64,000 nt of DNA from Octopus bimaculoides (Eukaryota), in contig NC_068989.1 of assembly GCF_001194135.2 (NCBI RefSeq), positions 6,617,515 to 6,681,514 of the forward strand, in the 5' to 3' direction. Position 1 is the first letter of the stretch. Each line of letters opens with the position of its first letter. Positions 12,762 through 24,051 of this stretch are shown here, piece after piece. The notes beneath the pieces are model-generated. The model made no database searches. It was not told the origin of the DNA and was given only the letters and a program-made list of their open reading frames with translations. The translations under genes were made by a program, and so were the position numbers.

Positions 12762-12958
12762 CTTTTACTTGTTTCAGTCATTTGACTGCGGCCATGCTGG
12801 GGCACCGCCTTTCATCGAACAAATCGACACAGGACTTATTCTCTGTACGTATAGTACCTATTCTATCGGTCTCCTTTACCGAATCGCTACATTACGGGGA
12901 AGTAAATACACCAACATCAGTTGTCAAGCGATGGTGAGGGGACAAACACAAACACAAA

Positions 12959-12960
<2 letters not shown>
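12762..12960 (-). mobile_element. SINE family B, 3' half
   Basis: TTTTACTTGTTTCAGTCATTTGACTGCGGCCATGCTGGGGCACCGCC...GGGGACAAACACA then (TG)n. Confidence 0.9.
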
Positions 12961-13004
<44 letters not shown>

Positions 13005-13014
13005 NNNNNNNNNN

Positions 13015-13065
<51 letters not shown>

Positions 13066-13639
13066 CATTCTGACGCATTTTCAACTTTTTCTCAGATAGT
13101 TACACGTACAAACACACATACATTGGTACGTATCGTGAAGTGACTTGTGACAGGGTACCTACATGTGTATGCATATAGACACGTGAATAAACACGCGCAC
13201 ACACACACACACATATGCACACACACATACGCACACAGAGATCTACACACGTGCGCACGTACACACACACGCACAGCATATATGGTGTGGCCGAGACATT
13301 AGAAAACCGCCCGTCGTTTTCCTAATGCGGTTCAGTGTAATTCACACGCATATGTCAGGTCCAAACTGGTCAACCAAATTTGCAGAGATAACAGGGTTTT
13401 TTTCACCATCTCGGTACATATTGCAATGCCTGCTGCGCAAAATCAAGTCGAGGACACTTGATGAAATTCCAATTTCTATATAACTCCGACTGTCGATGGT
13501 TTGTTTGTTTTTGTTTGTTTGTTTTTTAGGCATTTACTTAAAGAAAGAAACCAACCGCTAAGTCATGCACTGATTTATGTTGTGATAAAGTTTAAATTAG
13601 TTTCAGTTCTATCATATGTCAGTAAAAACATGCTACAGT

Positions 13640-14005
13640 GTATGAGGAGGCGAAGATGAAGGAAGAGCCAGAGGAGGAGGTGGAAGAAGCGGAACGGCGA
13701 CAGTGATGATAAAGGCAACAACAACAGCGATGATGATAACGGTAATGATGATGATGATGATGGCGACGATTATAACGACGATGACGATGATGAGGATGAT
13801 GACGATGACGATTACGACGAATACGATGACGATGACAATGACAATGACGACGATGACAATGACGACGATGACGATGATGACGATGATCGTCATCTTCGAT
13901 TTTCTTCTCATGGAGATGCAAAAACAGAAACTAACGTTGATGATGGTGGTGGTGATGGAGGAGACGGTAGTAATACTGCTTCAGTGATGAAGCTAGCGAT
14001 GACGA
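13640..14005. repeat. Mixed trinucleotide array (GAG/GAT/GAC/GGT)
   Basis: Direct inspection; source of the poly-M/T/H/V ORFs in the track. Confidence 0.9.
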
Positions 14006-14235
14006 TCATGCGTAAGCCAGTATGAGAGAGAGAGGGGGGAGAGAGACTGTGTGTGTTTGGTATTTCGAGAGAGAGAGAGAGAGTTCCAAAAGATAAAACC
14101 TCAAGTTGAATAAGTTTACTGCAAGAGACCCGTTTTTGGAAAGTCGAAATCCCTTCCAACTTCATGTCGTAATATATTCTTAAAATGTATCCTTTCAAAT
14201 ATTACTCCTTATAGAAACACGCAGAAACTCTTAAA

Positions 14236-14665
14236 GTATCCAGGGAGGGTCATGTAGCCAATAATAAACACATGCACTGGTTCTATTTAGCCTCTTTATT
14301 TTATATTTGTCAATTGGTTAAGTATATAGCCAATTGACTTAGTGTTTTTGATCACTCATTCGGTCAATCAATCACTTAATCATTCAGGATTTTTAAATTC
14401 GTTTCGTCACCATTCGCAACATTTTCAACGATTTGTGCTCTGACATGAAGCGAACCTGGAGTAGAGAATGCATGACGTTGATTAGTTCGCGAACAGCAAC
14501 GAAGAAACTGACAAATCTAGTTTGATTGATTCACCGAAAGACTAATCAAACAATCCATTAGTTTATTGGCTAAATAATTAGCAAATTGACAAATCAAAGT
14601 AAATAAGTGAAATAGAACCGGTGCGTGTAATTATTGTTGGTATAAAGACCCTCTCAAGATATAAC
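14236..14665. mobile_element. MITE-like element with ~100 bp imperfect terminal inverted repeats, copy 1
   Basis: Left GAGGGTCAT..AATAATAAACACATGCACTGGTTCTATTT..TTTGTCAATTGGTTAAGTATATAGCCAA matches the reverse complement of 14566-14665. Confidence 0.8.
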
Positions 14666-15111
14666 AAAACATGTTTGAATATCCGATTTTACATCAAGAA
14701 TCTTAGAAGCCAAATACAATAATGAAGAAATTTTTCAAGAAATATTTTCTCTTTATTTTCTTCAATTTCTTCTCTTCTGAGCTTCCATAATAATTTTCTA
14801 GAACTCTCTTTCTTGGATTCTTATTTTTAATTTCAATATTTCTTTCTCATGCATAATTTTCTTCACAATAAGTATATGCTATTTTTCTTTTGGTTTCTTA
14901 TGTACTTGATATTCAGCAAACGCGTTAAATTTTTCGCCAATCTTTTTCTTTGTAATAAAGATTGTTTCATTATCACATACGATGATGATGATGATGATCG
15001 ACTTTCTGCTGCGTTTCCATCCAATTCTTTTATATCTGATTCTGATTCTTGCTGGAGTTTTGGATACTTTCCAAGTTTCTTTAGCTATGCAAGTTCTACT
15101 ACAAAGCACTG

Positions 15112-15317
15112 AAAGCTTTCTCCTACAGGCACAAAACCTGAAATTTGAGGGTTGAGTCAAGTCGATTTCATACACTCCACGACCCAGTACTCATTTTACC
15201 GGCGCCGAAAGAATGAAGAAAGTTGAGCCCGGTGGGGTTCGAACTCAGAACGTAGAAGGACAAAATAACTTTAAGCATATTGTCCGAGCTGTTAACCATT
15301 CTGCCAGCTCGCCGCCT
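15112..15317 (-). mobile_element. SINE family A, decayed full length
   Basis: AGGCACAAAACCTGAAATTT...GAACTCAGAACGT...TTCTGCCAGCTCGCCGCCTT. Confidence 0.9.
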
Positions 15318-15839
15318 TCTATAATAATAAACGCGAAATTCTGTCTGTCCGTCTGAGACCCCTGTATCTCAGCCTACATTTGCTCTACACAGACATATTA
15401 TACCTTTTTGAAATCAGAATGATCCCAGGATTGAAAATTTGCCCTTGATTTGGTTCTTGAACATCCAGCATTGGGATCTGATTTAAAGGCATTTGGGTTG
15501 CTATTTCTAGCAGGTAAAGCATAGCTCATTCATGTTATCTCGCTTGGCGTTTGTCAGAGGACGACATTCGCTTCATTAATTTTACGTCAAGATAAGAAAT
15601 TTTGGACAAATTGGCCAACAGTTGGAATTGAACTTGAGACTGAAACAATACAATGATTGCATTAGAGAATTCATTCTCATCCGTCTTTAACCTCTCATCA
15701 AATACCACCAGGTCATATGGTCATTATAGATGTATTATAGTCATGCTACTTAGCTCTCTTTAGTTTTGGGCCTCAGGCCCAAGTAATCCTCCACAGGGGC
15801 TATCTTAAAAGTCCGTACGGAGTGCAGCTTTTAAGCTAG
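15318..15839 (+). mobile_element. Probable non-autonomous Helitron
   Basis: Starts TCTATAATAATAAACGCGAAATTCTGTCTGTCCGTCTG and ends GTCCGTACGGAGTGCAGC-TTTTAAG-CTAG|T, matching Helitron 5' TC and 3' CTAG termini with a decayed subterminal GC motif; the 5' flank base is T, not the usual A. Confidence 0.55.
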
Positions 15840-15862
15840 TTGTAAAATAATAATGATAATAA

Positions 15863-16012
15863 TGGCTTCAAATTTTGGCACAAGGCCAGCAATTACGGTG
15901 GAGGGGATAAGTGGACTACATCGATTCCAGTGCTGAAGTGGTACATATTTTATCGACTCTGAGGGATTAAAGGCAGAGTCGACCTCGGCGGAACTTTAAC
16001 TCGAATATAAAC
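15863..16012 (-). mobile_element. SINE family A, lacking head
   Basis: TTTTGGCACAAGGCCAGCAATT...GAGTCGACCTCGGCGGAACTTTAACTC. Confidence 0.85.
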
Positions 16013-16035
16013 GTAATAAAAACAACAATAATAAT

Positions 16036-16222
16036 AATCTTTTCCACTCTAGGCACAAGGCCCAAAATTTTTGGGGAGGGGGCCAGTCGATCACATTGAT
16101 TCTAGTACGCAACTGGTACTTTATGTATCGATCCCGAAAGGATGAAAGGCAAAGTCGACCTCGGCGGAATTTAAACTCAGAACGTAAAGACAGACGAAAT
16201 ACCGCCAAGCGTTTTGCCCGGT
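16036..16222 (-). mobile_element. SINE family A, tandem with the previous copy
   Basis: CCACTCTAGGCACAAGGCCC...AAAGTCGACCTCGGCGGAATTT...TTTTGCCCGG; (AAT)n on both sides. Confidence 0.9.
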
Positions 16223-16515
16223 GGCGATGATGATGGTGATGTTGATAATAATAATTATAATAAAAGGGTATAACAGAAATTGTCACAGTGTCACAGGCTA
16301 ACTGATTACCCAAATTTTTCCGATATAGATTAAAAAGCCAGATCCTTATTCACCCGTATTTCTTTCGTAGTTGATGTTAGTTTCCTTTGATAGATTGTCT
16401 TAGTCCACCAGGTGTTATAAGAGGAATAGGATCAAGTCTGCAAAACAAACTACTTTATGTCATCTTTCCGACTTCCGCAACGTGAAAAAAAAAAAGAAGA
16501 AATACGTTCACAGAT

Positions 16516-16546
<31 letters not shown>

Positions 16547-16910
16547 GAGTCCTATGGATTGGTTGATCTAAGAAAAGGTCATTTTACTCTTCGACATACT
16601 TGTCCTCTTAATCAAGTATCATTTGGAACCGAAAGTACATGTTCAAAGAGATTTCTGGCATTCACAAACTTTTACTAAAGATCGATGACAGAACCTTGAC
16701 ATTAATAAATCAGTTGGTTCTTCACCAATTTCAAATGCAGAGAGTCGCCAGAAGCAGGTTTTATCCCATACAATTTTTTCAAAGGATCTTACTCTGTTTC
16801 CCAATTATGATCTTGTTTAATCTAATTTTTTTTCTTTTTTGTAAAAATGCAAAAAATTCATTTTTGTTTTATTTGTCACCTTAAACAAATCCCATTTAGA
16901 ACCCAGCTAG

Positions 16911-16918
16911 TGTATTAC

Positions 16919-16987
<69 letters not shown>

Positions 16988-17003
16988 CATCATCATCATT
17001 ATT
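16911..17003. repeat. (ATT)n-(ATC)n compound microsatellite
   Basis: Direct inspection. Confidence 0.95.
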
Positions 17004-17178
17004 GGTAGCATTTCTTTCGGATCTTTGCGATCTGAGTTCGAACTGCGTCGAAGGTGACTGCTTTTCCTTCTTTCGAGATCGATGAAATATGTACCAGGTG
17101 AACACCGAGATCGGGGTAATCGACTAAATACCTGACCCTAAATCGATCTCCTAACTTTGCTGCCAAAATTAGAGACAG
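17003..17178 (+). mobile_element. SINE family A, highly decayed
   Basis: TCTGAGTTCGAAC...ATGTACCAGGTGAACAC...TTTGCTGCCAAAATTAGAGAC. Confidence 0.65.
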
Positions 17179-17699
17179 TTGTCATCATCATCATCATCGT
17201 CGTCGCTGTTGTTGTAACAAATATTCTTTTCATCAACTTCACCGACATCTTCGTCATCATTGCCGCCTCCCTCATCATCATCATCGGGTACTAAAATTTT
17301 CGAGCGTCTTCATGTTAACTTTGCAAAAGGTTGGATTTTATCAGGAGATATCCAATGATGAAATTTTTCCTTCATTTTGTGTATATTTTGTTTGATTTTG
17401 CAACGTTGTAATATTTACCTTAGTCCCATAGCTAGAGAAAAGGTATGTCTTGTAGATAATTATATTATAATGGTTAATTGGTCCTGAAACTGCAAAAAGC
17501 CCTAGCTAATGAGGGACACATGGTGTTCCATCGACCGGGTCTGAGAATTTGGACGGACATAGTTAATCTTTAAGACAATGAATGCTGTGATGTGATTCGG
17601 AGAGCTTATCTATCACACGTCCGTACACAGCCTGGCGTCTCTGTATATGTAAGAACAAAATATTGGTATCGCGGTAAGTAAAAAAACAGTGAGGATGAT

Positions 17700-17790
17700 A
17701 CTGATACTCATTCTATCGACCCCGAAAGGATGAAGGGCAAAATCGACCTCGGCTTTTTGCCCGGCGGGCTAACGATTCTGCTGCTTTGCA
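17700..17790 (-). mobile_element. SINE family A fragment with internal deletion
   Basis: ATCGACCCCGAAAGGATGAAGGGCAAAATCGACCTCGG joined to TTTGCCCGGCGGGCTAACGATTCTG. Confidence 0.85.
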
Positions 17791-17819
17791 TTTACCGTAT
17801 GTTCACTAAAGAAAATGGC

Positions 17820-17871
17820 CTAATATTAGGGACATTAATCTAATATTAGGGATCGTATGCCCTAATATTAG
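17820..17871. promoter_or_regulatory. Three palindromic CTAATATTAG motifs (MEF2 consensus CTA(A/T)4TAG)
   Basis: Motifs at 17820-17829, 17840-17849 and 17862-17871; function is inferred only. Confidence 0.4.
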
Positions 17872-17951
17872 ATAATTTCCCATAGCCAATATACAGCGAA
17901 GGCATATAATTTTATTTACACAGTTTCCCTCGCCACCGTTTCCCAACTCAC

Positions 17952-18077
17952 GCGGAATTCGCACATGTTTACACACCGATAGTCTTTCGTCATCCGAAGC
18001 ACGTTAACCCAGTGGGCACGTGATGCATCCTTGTCTTGTCCATGACAGAAGGCATACCACAATAGAAGCACCAGCTT
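17952..18077 (-). CDS. Candidate 126-nt phase 0-0 coding exon, product unknown
   Basis: AG at 18079-18078, open frame KLVLLLWYAFCHGQDKDASRAHWVNVLRMTKDYRCVNMCEFR, donor CGC|GTGAGT; no homology recognised. Confidence 0.25.
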
Positions 18078-18729
18078 CTAGTTCTAGCTGTAGGAAACCG
18101 TTCAAGTCGTAGGATGCTTTTCTGTAAGCTTGGTTGCAACTCTGATGTGCGTTGCCTTATTTCTTTTTATTTGTTGTATTTACATGCATTTTTATTTATG
18201 TATTTATATATTCATTCATTTATTTCTCTATTTTATCATCATTTTTGATACAGTACAGCGTTTCTTGCTTTCGCCTATTGTATTTAAATAATTATGTGTG
18301 TGCAATCCTGTAAATCATGTGACTCATTTTTGTAACAAGTTCTGGTGTGAATGTTCGAAAGTTTGTGGAAAAATAAATAAAAAATATTATCATTGTTGTT
18401 GTTGTAGTTGTTTAACAATGCGTCACGTATTTTGCCGCTCAAAAAGTTTGGAAAAAAAAGAATTTACGATCAGCACATTCAGTTTTATTATTGTATATTA
18501 TCGTTGCACATCTTGTAACGGAAGTGATCGTGAAAATAAATACTCGTTGGCAAAATACTTAAAAATATTATCAAATTCACAAGCGGTTTCTTATGAGGGA
18601 GGTGAGCGACAAGGAAGTGAGAATGCAGAGCAAATCATGCAAGGGAAACACCCCTATATTATTACAACGGAGAACTGCTCTTCTATGGAAGAAAGTAAGA
18701 AGAATATATATAAACATAGATATTATGCA

Positions 18730-18968
18730 CACACACACACACACATATATATATACACGTATATACATATATAATATACATATATATATAACATATTATA
18801 CATACATATACATATAAATATATTATATACGTATATATTATATACAAACATATATATATATATTATATACATATATATATATATATATATTATACAGATA
18901 TATGTATATATATATTATACAGATATATGTATATATATATTATACAGACATGTATGTGTATAATGCAG

Positions 18969-19020
<52 letters not shown>

Positions 19021-19490
19021 CAGATATATGTATATTATACAAATATTTGTATATATATATATTATACAAATATATGTATATATATATATTATACAAATAT
19101 ATGTATATATATATTATACAAATATATGTATATATATATTATACAAATGGATATATATATATATATTATACAAATGGATATATATATATATATTATACAA
19201 ATGTATATATATATATATATATTATACAAATGTATATATATATATATATATATTATACAAATGTATATATATANNNNNNNNNNATGTATATATATATATA
19301 TATATATTATACAAATGTATATATATATATATTATACAAATGTATATATATATATATATTATACAAATATATATATATATATATATTATACAAATATATG
19401 TATATATATATTATACACATGTATATAATATACATATAATACATACATATCATATACATATTATACACATTATATTGTTATATATGTGTA
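18730..19490. repeat. Compound minisatellite, unit (TA)n-TTATACA(A/G)AT(G/ATATG)
   Basis: The TATTATACA core recurs roughly 20 times, separated by variable (TA)n. Confidence 0.9.
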
Positions 19491-20616
19491 TATAACAGCA
19501 GAACAGACACCTGCGCCAACATCACGCCTCACCATATGAACAAGAACACCAACAACAGTACAATAACAATAATAATGCCAATGTAGCAGGAACTATAAAA
19601 GCTGTAGTATGAACAACAATAACATCTCCACAACAAATGCCATCTCCACCAGTAGTGCTGAAATGCGTGCAAGCAAATCCTCAGAAATAACTGCTAGGAT
19701 TATGAATAACATTGGCAGTACCAACACCACAACCACCACCGCCCCTGTCTCCACAACCGCCCCTGCCTTCACCACCGCCCCTGCCTCCACCACCGCCCCT
19801 GCCTCCACCACCGCCACCACCCAAAGCAACATTTTTGTCGCCACTGACTCCCCCGTGGAAAACAGGACATCTTTTGTGAACTCCAAAAAGTCATGAGTCA
19901 GAATTTTTTCTCAATAAATACGCTAGCAGGGAAACCAAGAGTGCTGCGAAGCGGATTCTCTTCCAGCAGAGACCGAAAAATGTATGAAAGATGTGTGAGA
20001 TTCCACATGGCAAATCAGAGAATAAAGGCAATACAATATGGGTTGGATTTAGTTTTATGCTTCGATGAAGAGGAGAGCAAGAAAGTAGTTAGATTCACAT
20101 GCTCCTCCTTTGGGTATTCAATAAAGCCAGTTAATACGAGGTGGCATATAGCCAAAATGGTGCTCAACAATGTGGCTTGAGAAGGACTTAATTATTTGAT
20201 AATAATCACGAAGAGGCATTGTGTAATTGTAAACCCAAAGCCAGAACTCTTCAGAGCTCAAAGTAGTAATGCAGATTCTACCAATCTAAGCTCCCCATCA
20301 TCATTTATTTGAAGAGTATGGACGTGGTTAATATTTTGATACAGGGTAGGTTCTCAAAACCTCGGCAAGTAAAGCCTGCCTCATAATTGGGTCATCTCCA
20401 CTTATCAACACGAAGGAGTGCTCAAACGGCACACAATCACCAACATGCACCAACAACCCGTCAAAGATTAGAAGGAAGAAGAGTTAGGAGCATAGCATAC
20501 CACGACCTCTTAAGTGGCATGAGAGAAAATAACACTGCTATCTAGGTCACTGGTTGTTCCATTTTTTAAATTCCTGTGACCATTACAAGAACCACAGTAG
20601 CAAGAACAACAATAAT

Positions 20617-20832
20617 AATCCTTTCTGCTAAAGGCACAAGGCCTAAAATTTTTGTGGGAGGGATACAGTCGATTACATCGAAACCAGTGATCAACTGGTA
20701 ATTTCAACGATCCCGAAAGCATGAAAGGTAAAAATCGACCTTGGTGGGATTTGAACTCAAAGCGTAAAGACGGACGAAATACCGCTAAGCATTTTGCCCG
20801 ACATGCTAATGAATCTGCCAGCTCACCGCTTT
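20617..20832 (-). mobile_element. SINE family A, full length
   Basis: AAGGCACAAGGCCTAAAATTT...GAAATACCGCTAAGCATTTTGCCCGAC...CAGCTCACCGCTT; (AAT)n on both sides. Confidence 0.95.
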
Positions 20833-20844
20833 AATAATAATAAT

Positions 20845-20944
20845 GCATGGAACAATTAGGGGCTGCAATAAGGGTGGAATACTTGCAGAAAACAGTACTG
20901 CTTGGAACTGCTCGAATACTCTGGATGGTGCTCGAAAAACAAGG
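20845..20944 (+). mobile_element. R4/Dong fragment (extreme C-terminus)
   Basis: Translates MEQLGAAIRVEYLQKTVLLGTARILWMVLEKQG; starts right after (AAT)4. Confidence 0.85.
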
Positions 20945-21048
20945 GGCGAAGTCGACCTCGGCGGAATTTGAACTCAGAAGGTAGCAGCAGACGAAATACC
21001 GCTAAACATTTCGCCCGGCGTCCTAACGATTCTGCCATCTCGCCGCCC
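20945..21048 (-). mobile_element. SINE family A, 5' half
   Basis: GGCGAAGTCGACCTCGGCGGAATTTGAACTCAG...TTCTGCCATCTCGCCGCC. Confidence 0.9.
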
Positions 21049-22578
21049 TACGTCATTAATAAACTGACACCAGAAGAATTCAGCAATCTATCTATCTATC
21101 TATCTATATAATTATTACAAATTAAAAGGGTAAAGGATTATCAATTTATTAATTAATAAATCAATTAACAATTAACAATTTTTACCAAGCCCATCGGTAT
21201 GAAAGCACCATTATTGGTGGAGAACTTATTTAAAAGCTCATATATATTTATAAATATAATTAAGGGATCAGCAAATATTTGCTTCACCATATACCGAAGT
21301 TCAGAAATAGCAGCTAGAAAGCTGAGAATCCCACAGATAGCATCACTTGTAACTCACAAAGGCAAAAACAAGAAGAAAAAACAATGAAAACTAACCAATT
21401 CCGATGTTTAACAGTAGACGCNNNNNNNNNNNNNNNNNNNNNNNNNNNNNNNNNNNNNNNNNNNNNNNNNNNNNNNNNNNNNNNNNNNNNNNNNNNNNNN
21501 NNNNNNNNNNNNNNNNNNNNNNNNNNNNNNNNNNNNNNNNNNNNNNNNNNNNNNNNNNNNNNNNNNNNNNNNNNNNNNNNNNNNNNNNNNNNNNNNNNNN
21601 NNNNNNNNNNNNNNNNNNNNNNNNNNNNNNNNNNNNNNNNNNNNNNNNNNNNNNNNNNNNNNNNNNNNNNNNNNNNNNNNNNNNNNNNNNNNNNNNNNNN
21701 NNNNNNNNNNNNNNNNNNNNNNNNNNNNNNNNNNNNNNNNNNNNNNNNNNNNNNNNNNNNNNNNNNNNNNNNNNNNNNNNNNNNNNNNNNNNNNNNNNNN
21801 NNNNNNNNNNNNNNNNNNNNNNNNNNNNNNNNNNNNNNNNNNNNNNNNNNNNNNNNNNNNNNNNNNNNNNNNNNNNNNNNNNNNNNNNNNNNNNNNNNNN
21901 NNNNNNNNNNNNNNNNNNNNNNNNNNNNNNNNNNNNNNNTATATATATATATATATATAGTTAGATAGATAGATAGATAGATAGATATATATTAAAATGG
22001 GCATATACACATTATTTAAATAGAGGCTTACGTTTCCATGAGGGATGTGTAATCTAAAATACAGCAACGCTTTCATCAACAGCCAAAGAAAAACTAGAAG
22101 GGAAATATATCGAGTTTTATAAAGATCGCTGTTGGCGAACATTCGACTCAGCGTGAATGTATCAGGAGCAATCGAATTGTTGTAAATTCAAATATAGTTT
22201 CTCTAATTGTAAGCCTGCTTCCGCCTTCGGAATTTAACCGTGAAATTTAAAATCCAGATTGGGACTATCATAAATATCCGATTTCATACGTACTTGTATT
22301 TATCTCCTGGCATAAAACTGCGTGTTGGTTTACGTTGAGATGTTACACAAAGGTTAGCATTACTGAAGCCAATAGATAAAAACATGTAATACTCTTTCGT
22401 ATTTCGAACCCAGTAATTATCTGATACTTATGGTGTGCATTCCCGGAGGATTGAAAAGCAGAGGAAACTCAAGAGGGCAGAATCTACTCATAACGTAAAG
22501 ATACGCAATTAAACGTCTCAAAGGCATTTGTATCAGCGCTCTACCGACTTTTCCAAATAATGTTTCAAGAATATTTTT

Positions 22579-22810
22579 ATTGAAATAGATGAAAGTGATG
22601 ATGAGGTTATTTGTAACTGAGAAACGGAGTCCGAAGAACAACTATCAACTCCCATAGATAATGTCACCGAAATACCATAAAATAAAATTGTCAATGTAAA
22701 CTATGCGGCGAATAAGTGGTTATATTTGATAAAGAGAACGCTTCAAACTTGCTCAGAAATGACATAAGGAAAAACACCACGATAATATTACACGAGGTGT
22801 CCCTGGAGTG
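22579..22810 (+). mobile_element. Possible decayed piggyBac-like transposase N-terminus
   Basis: Acidic IEIDESDDEV..ETESEEQ with in-frame stops, then AANKW and, after a frameshift, DNITRGVPGV, resembling the W...NI...PG motif of piggyBac transposases; no TTAA-flanked TIR found. Confidence 0.3.
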
Positions 22811-23394
22811 TTGTGTGAAATAACATTAGACATGTAGTAAAATAATGCCGTATAACAGAATCTGAAATCATAAAATTTCTTTACGATTACAGCATCGAAC
22901 GTGGCCGTTTAAGAGAAAGTACTCGTAAAATACCAGGAAATATTCTAGCGCACAAGAATGGAAGAGTGTGCAATATTGCAGAATCTGCAGTCCAACATAC
23001 AAGAATTTGGGGTAAGAAATAAGTAAATTTTTATGATTATTATGATATTCAGCGTGAAATTACAACTGTGTAAGCATTAAATAGCTATTACTAATAAAGT
23101 TAGACTCCCTGGGAATTGTTATCTCATTAGTTACACGAATAATTATCTACTCTGGGAATTAAGTGAGAGACCTAATTAAAATAATTAAATCAGAAAATTA
23201 AGATATAGTAAATAGCAAATATAATACGGACAGCCTCTAAAATGTGTTTCGTAAGAAACAGATGCGAAATCTTGAAGTGAGTTTAAGATTAAATGTCGGA
23301 ATTTGATACTAATTTTTATAATTGTGGCCTAAGAGGGGAAACTTCCTGAGTTCCTTGGTAACTAGTAGAGCTAATGGACAAATCTTCCTTCCTT

Positions 23395-23590
23395 TTCTTT
23401 TATTTTTCACTTGCTTCAGTCATTGGACTGCGACCATGCTGGAGCGCTGCATTTAAGGGCTTAGTTGGACAAATTACCTCCAGCAATTACAATTTAAGTC
23501 TGTTACATATTCTGACGGTCTCGCTATGTTTCACGGAAGTAAACAATCCAACACCGGTTGTAAAGCAATGGTGGGGACAAGTATAAACAC
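23395..23590 (-). mobile_element. SINE family B, 3' half
   Basis: CTTGCTTCAGTCATTGGACTGCGACCATGCTGGAGC...TGGTGGGGACAAG. Confidence 0.85.
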
Positions 23591-23615
23591 AACCCCGCCC
23601 CAATATACATATATA

Positions 23616-23762
23616 CGTACGCAACTGATACTTAATTTATCGACCCCGAGAGAATGAAAGGCAAAGTCGACCTCGGTGGAATTTGATCTCAGAACGTAAA
23701 GACAGGCAAAAAGCCGCTAAGCATTTCGCCCGGCGTGCTAACGTTTCTGCCAGCTCGCTGCT
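23616..23762 (-). mobile_element. SINE family A, 5' two-thirds
   Basis: TACTTAATTTATCGACCCCG...GCATTTCGCCCGGCGTGCTAACGTTTCTGCCAGCTCG. Confidence 0.95.
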
Positions 23763-24051
23763 TTGTGGTTATAGTCGATATTGTTTGAGTAGCCTTTTCA
23801 TTGTTACTGTTGTGAAATTTATTGTAATTGTGATAAGAATTACTGTTGATACTCTATTTGTGACTCTTTGTGCAGTCATTATTCAGTTGTTTGTCGTAGA
23901 AACCTGTCAACTTCCTGCATCTACTGCTACTATTAGCAACCATTTTAACATTGTGTTTCCTACCATTGGTCTCAATATATTTACTATCGCGGAAATATCT
24001 TAAATGATGTATGACGAAATATTCATAAACCCTAAACACCTTAATTATTCC

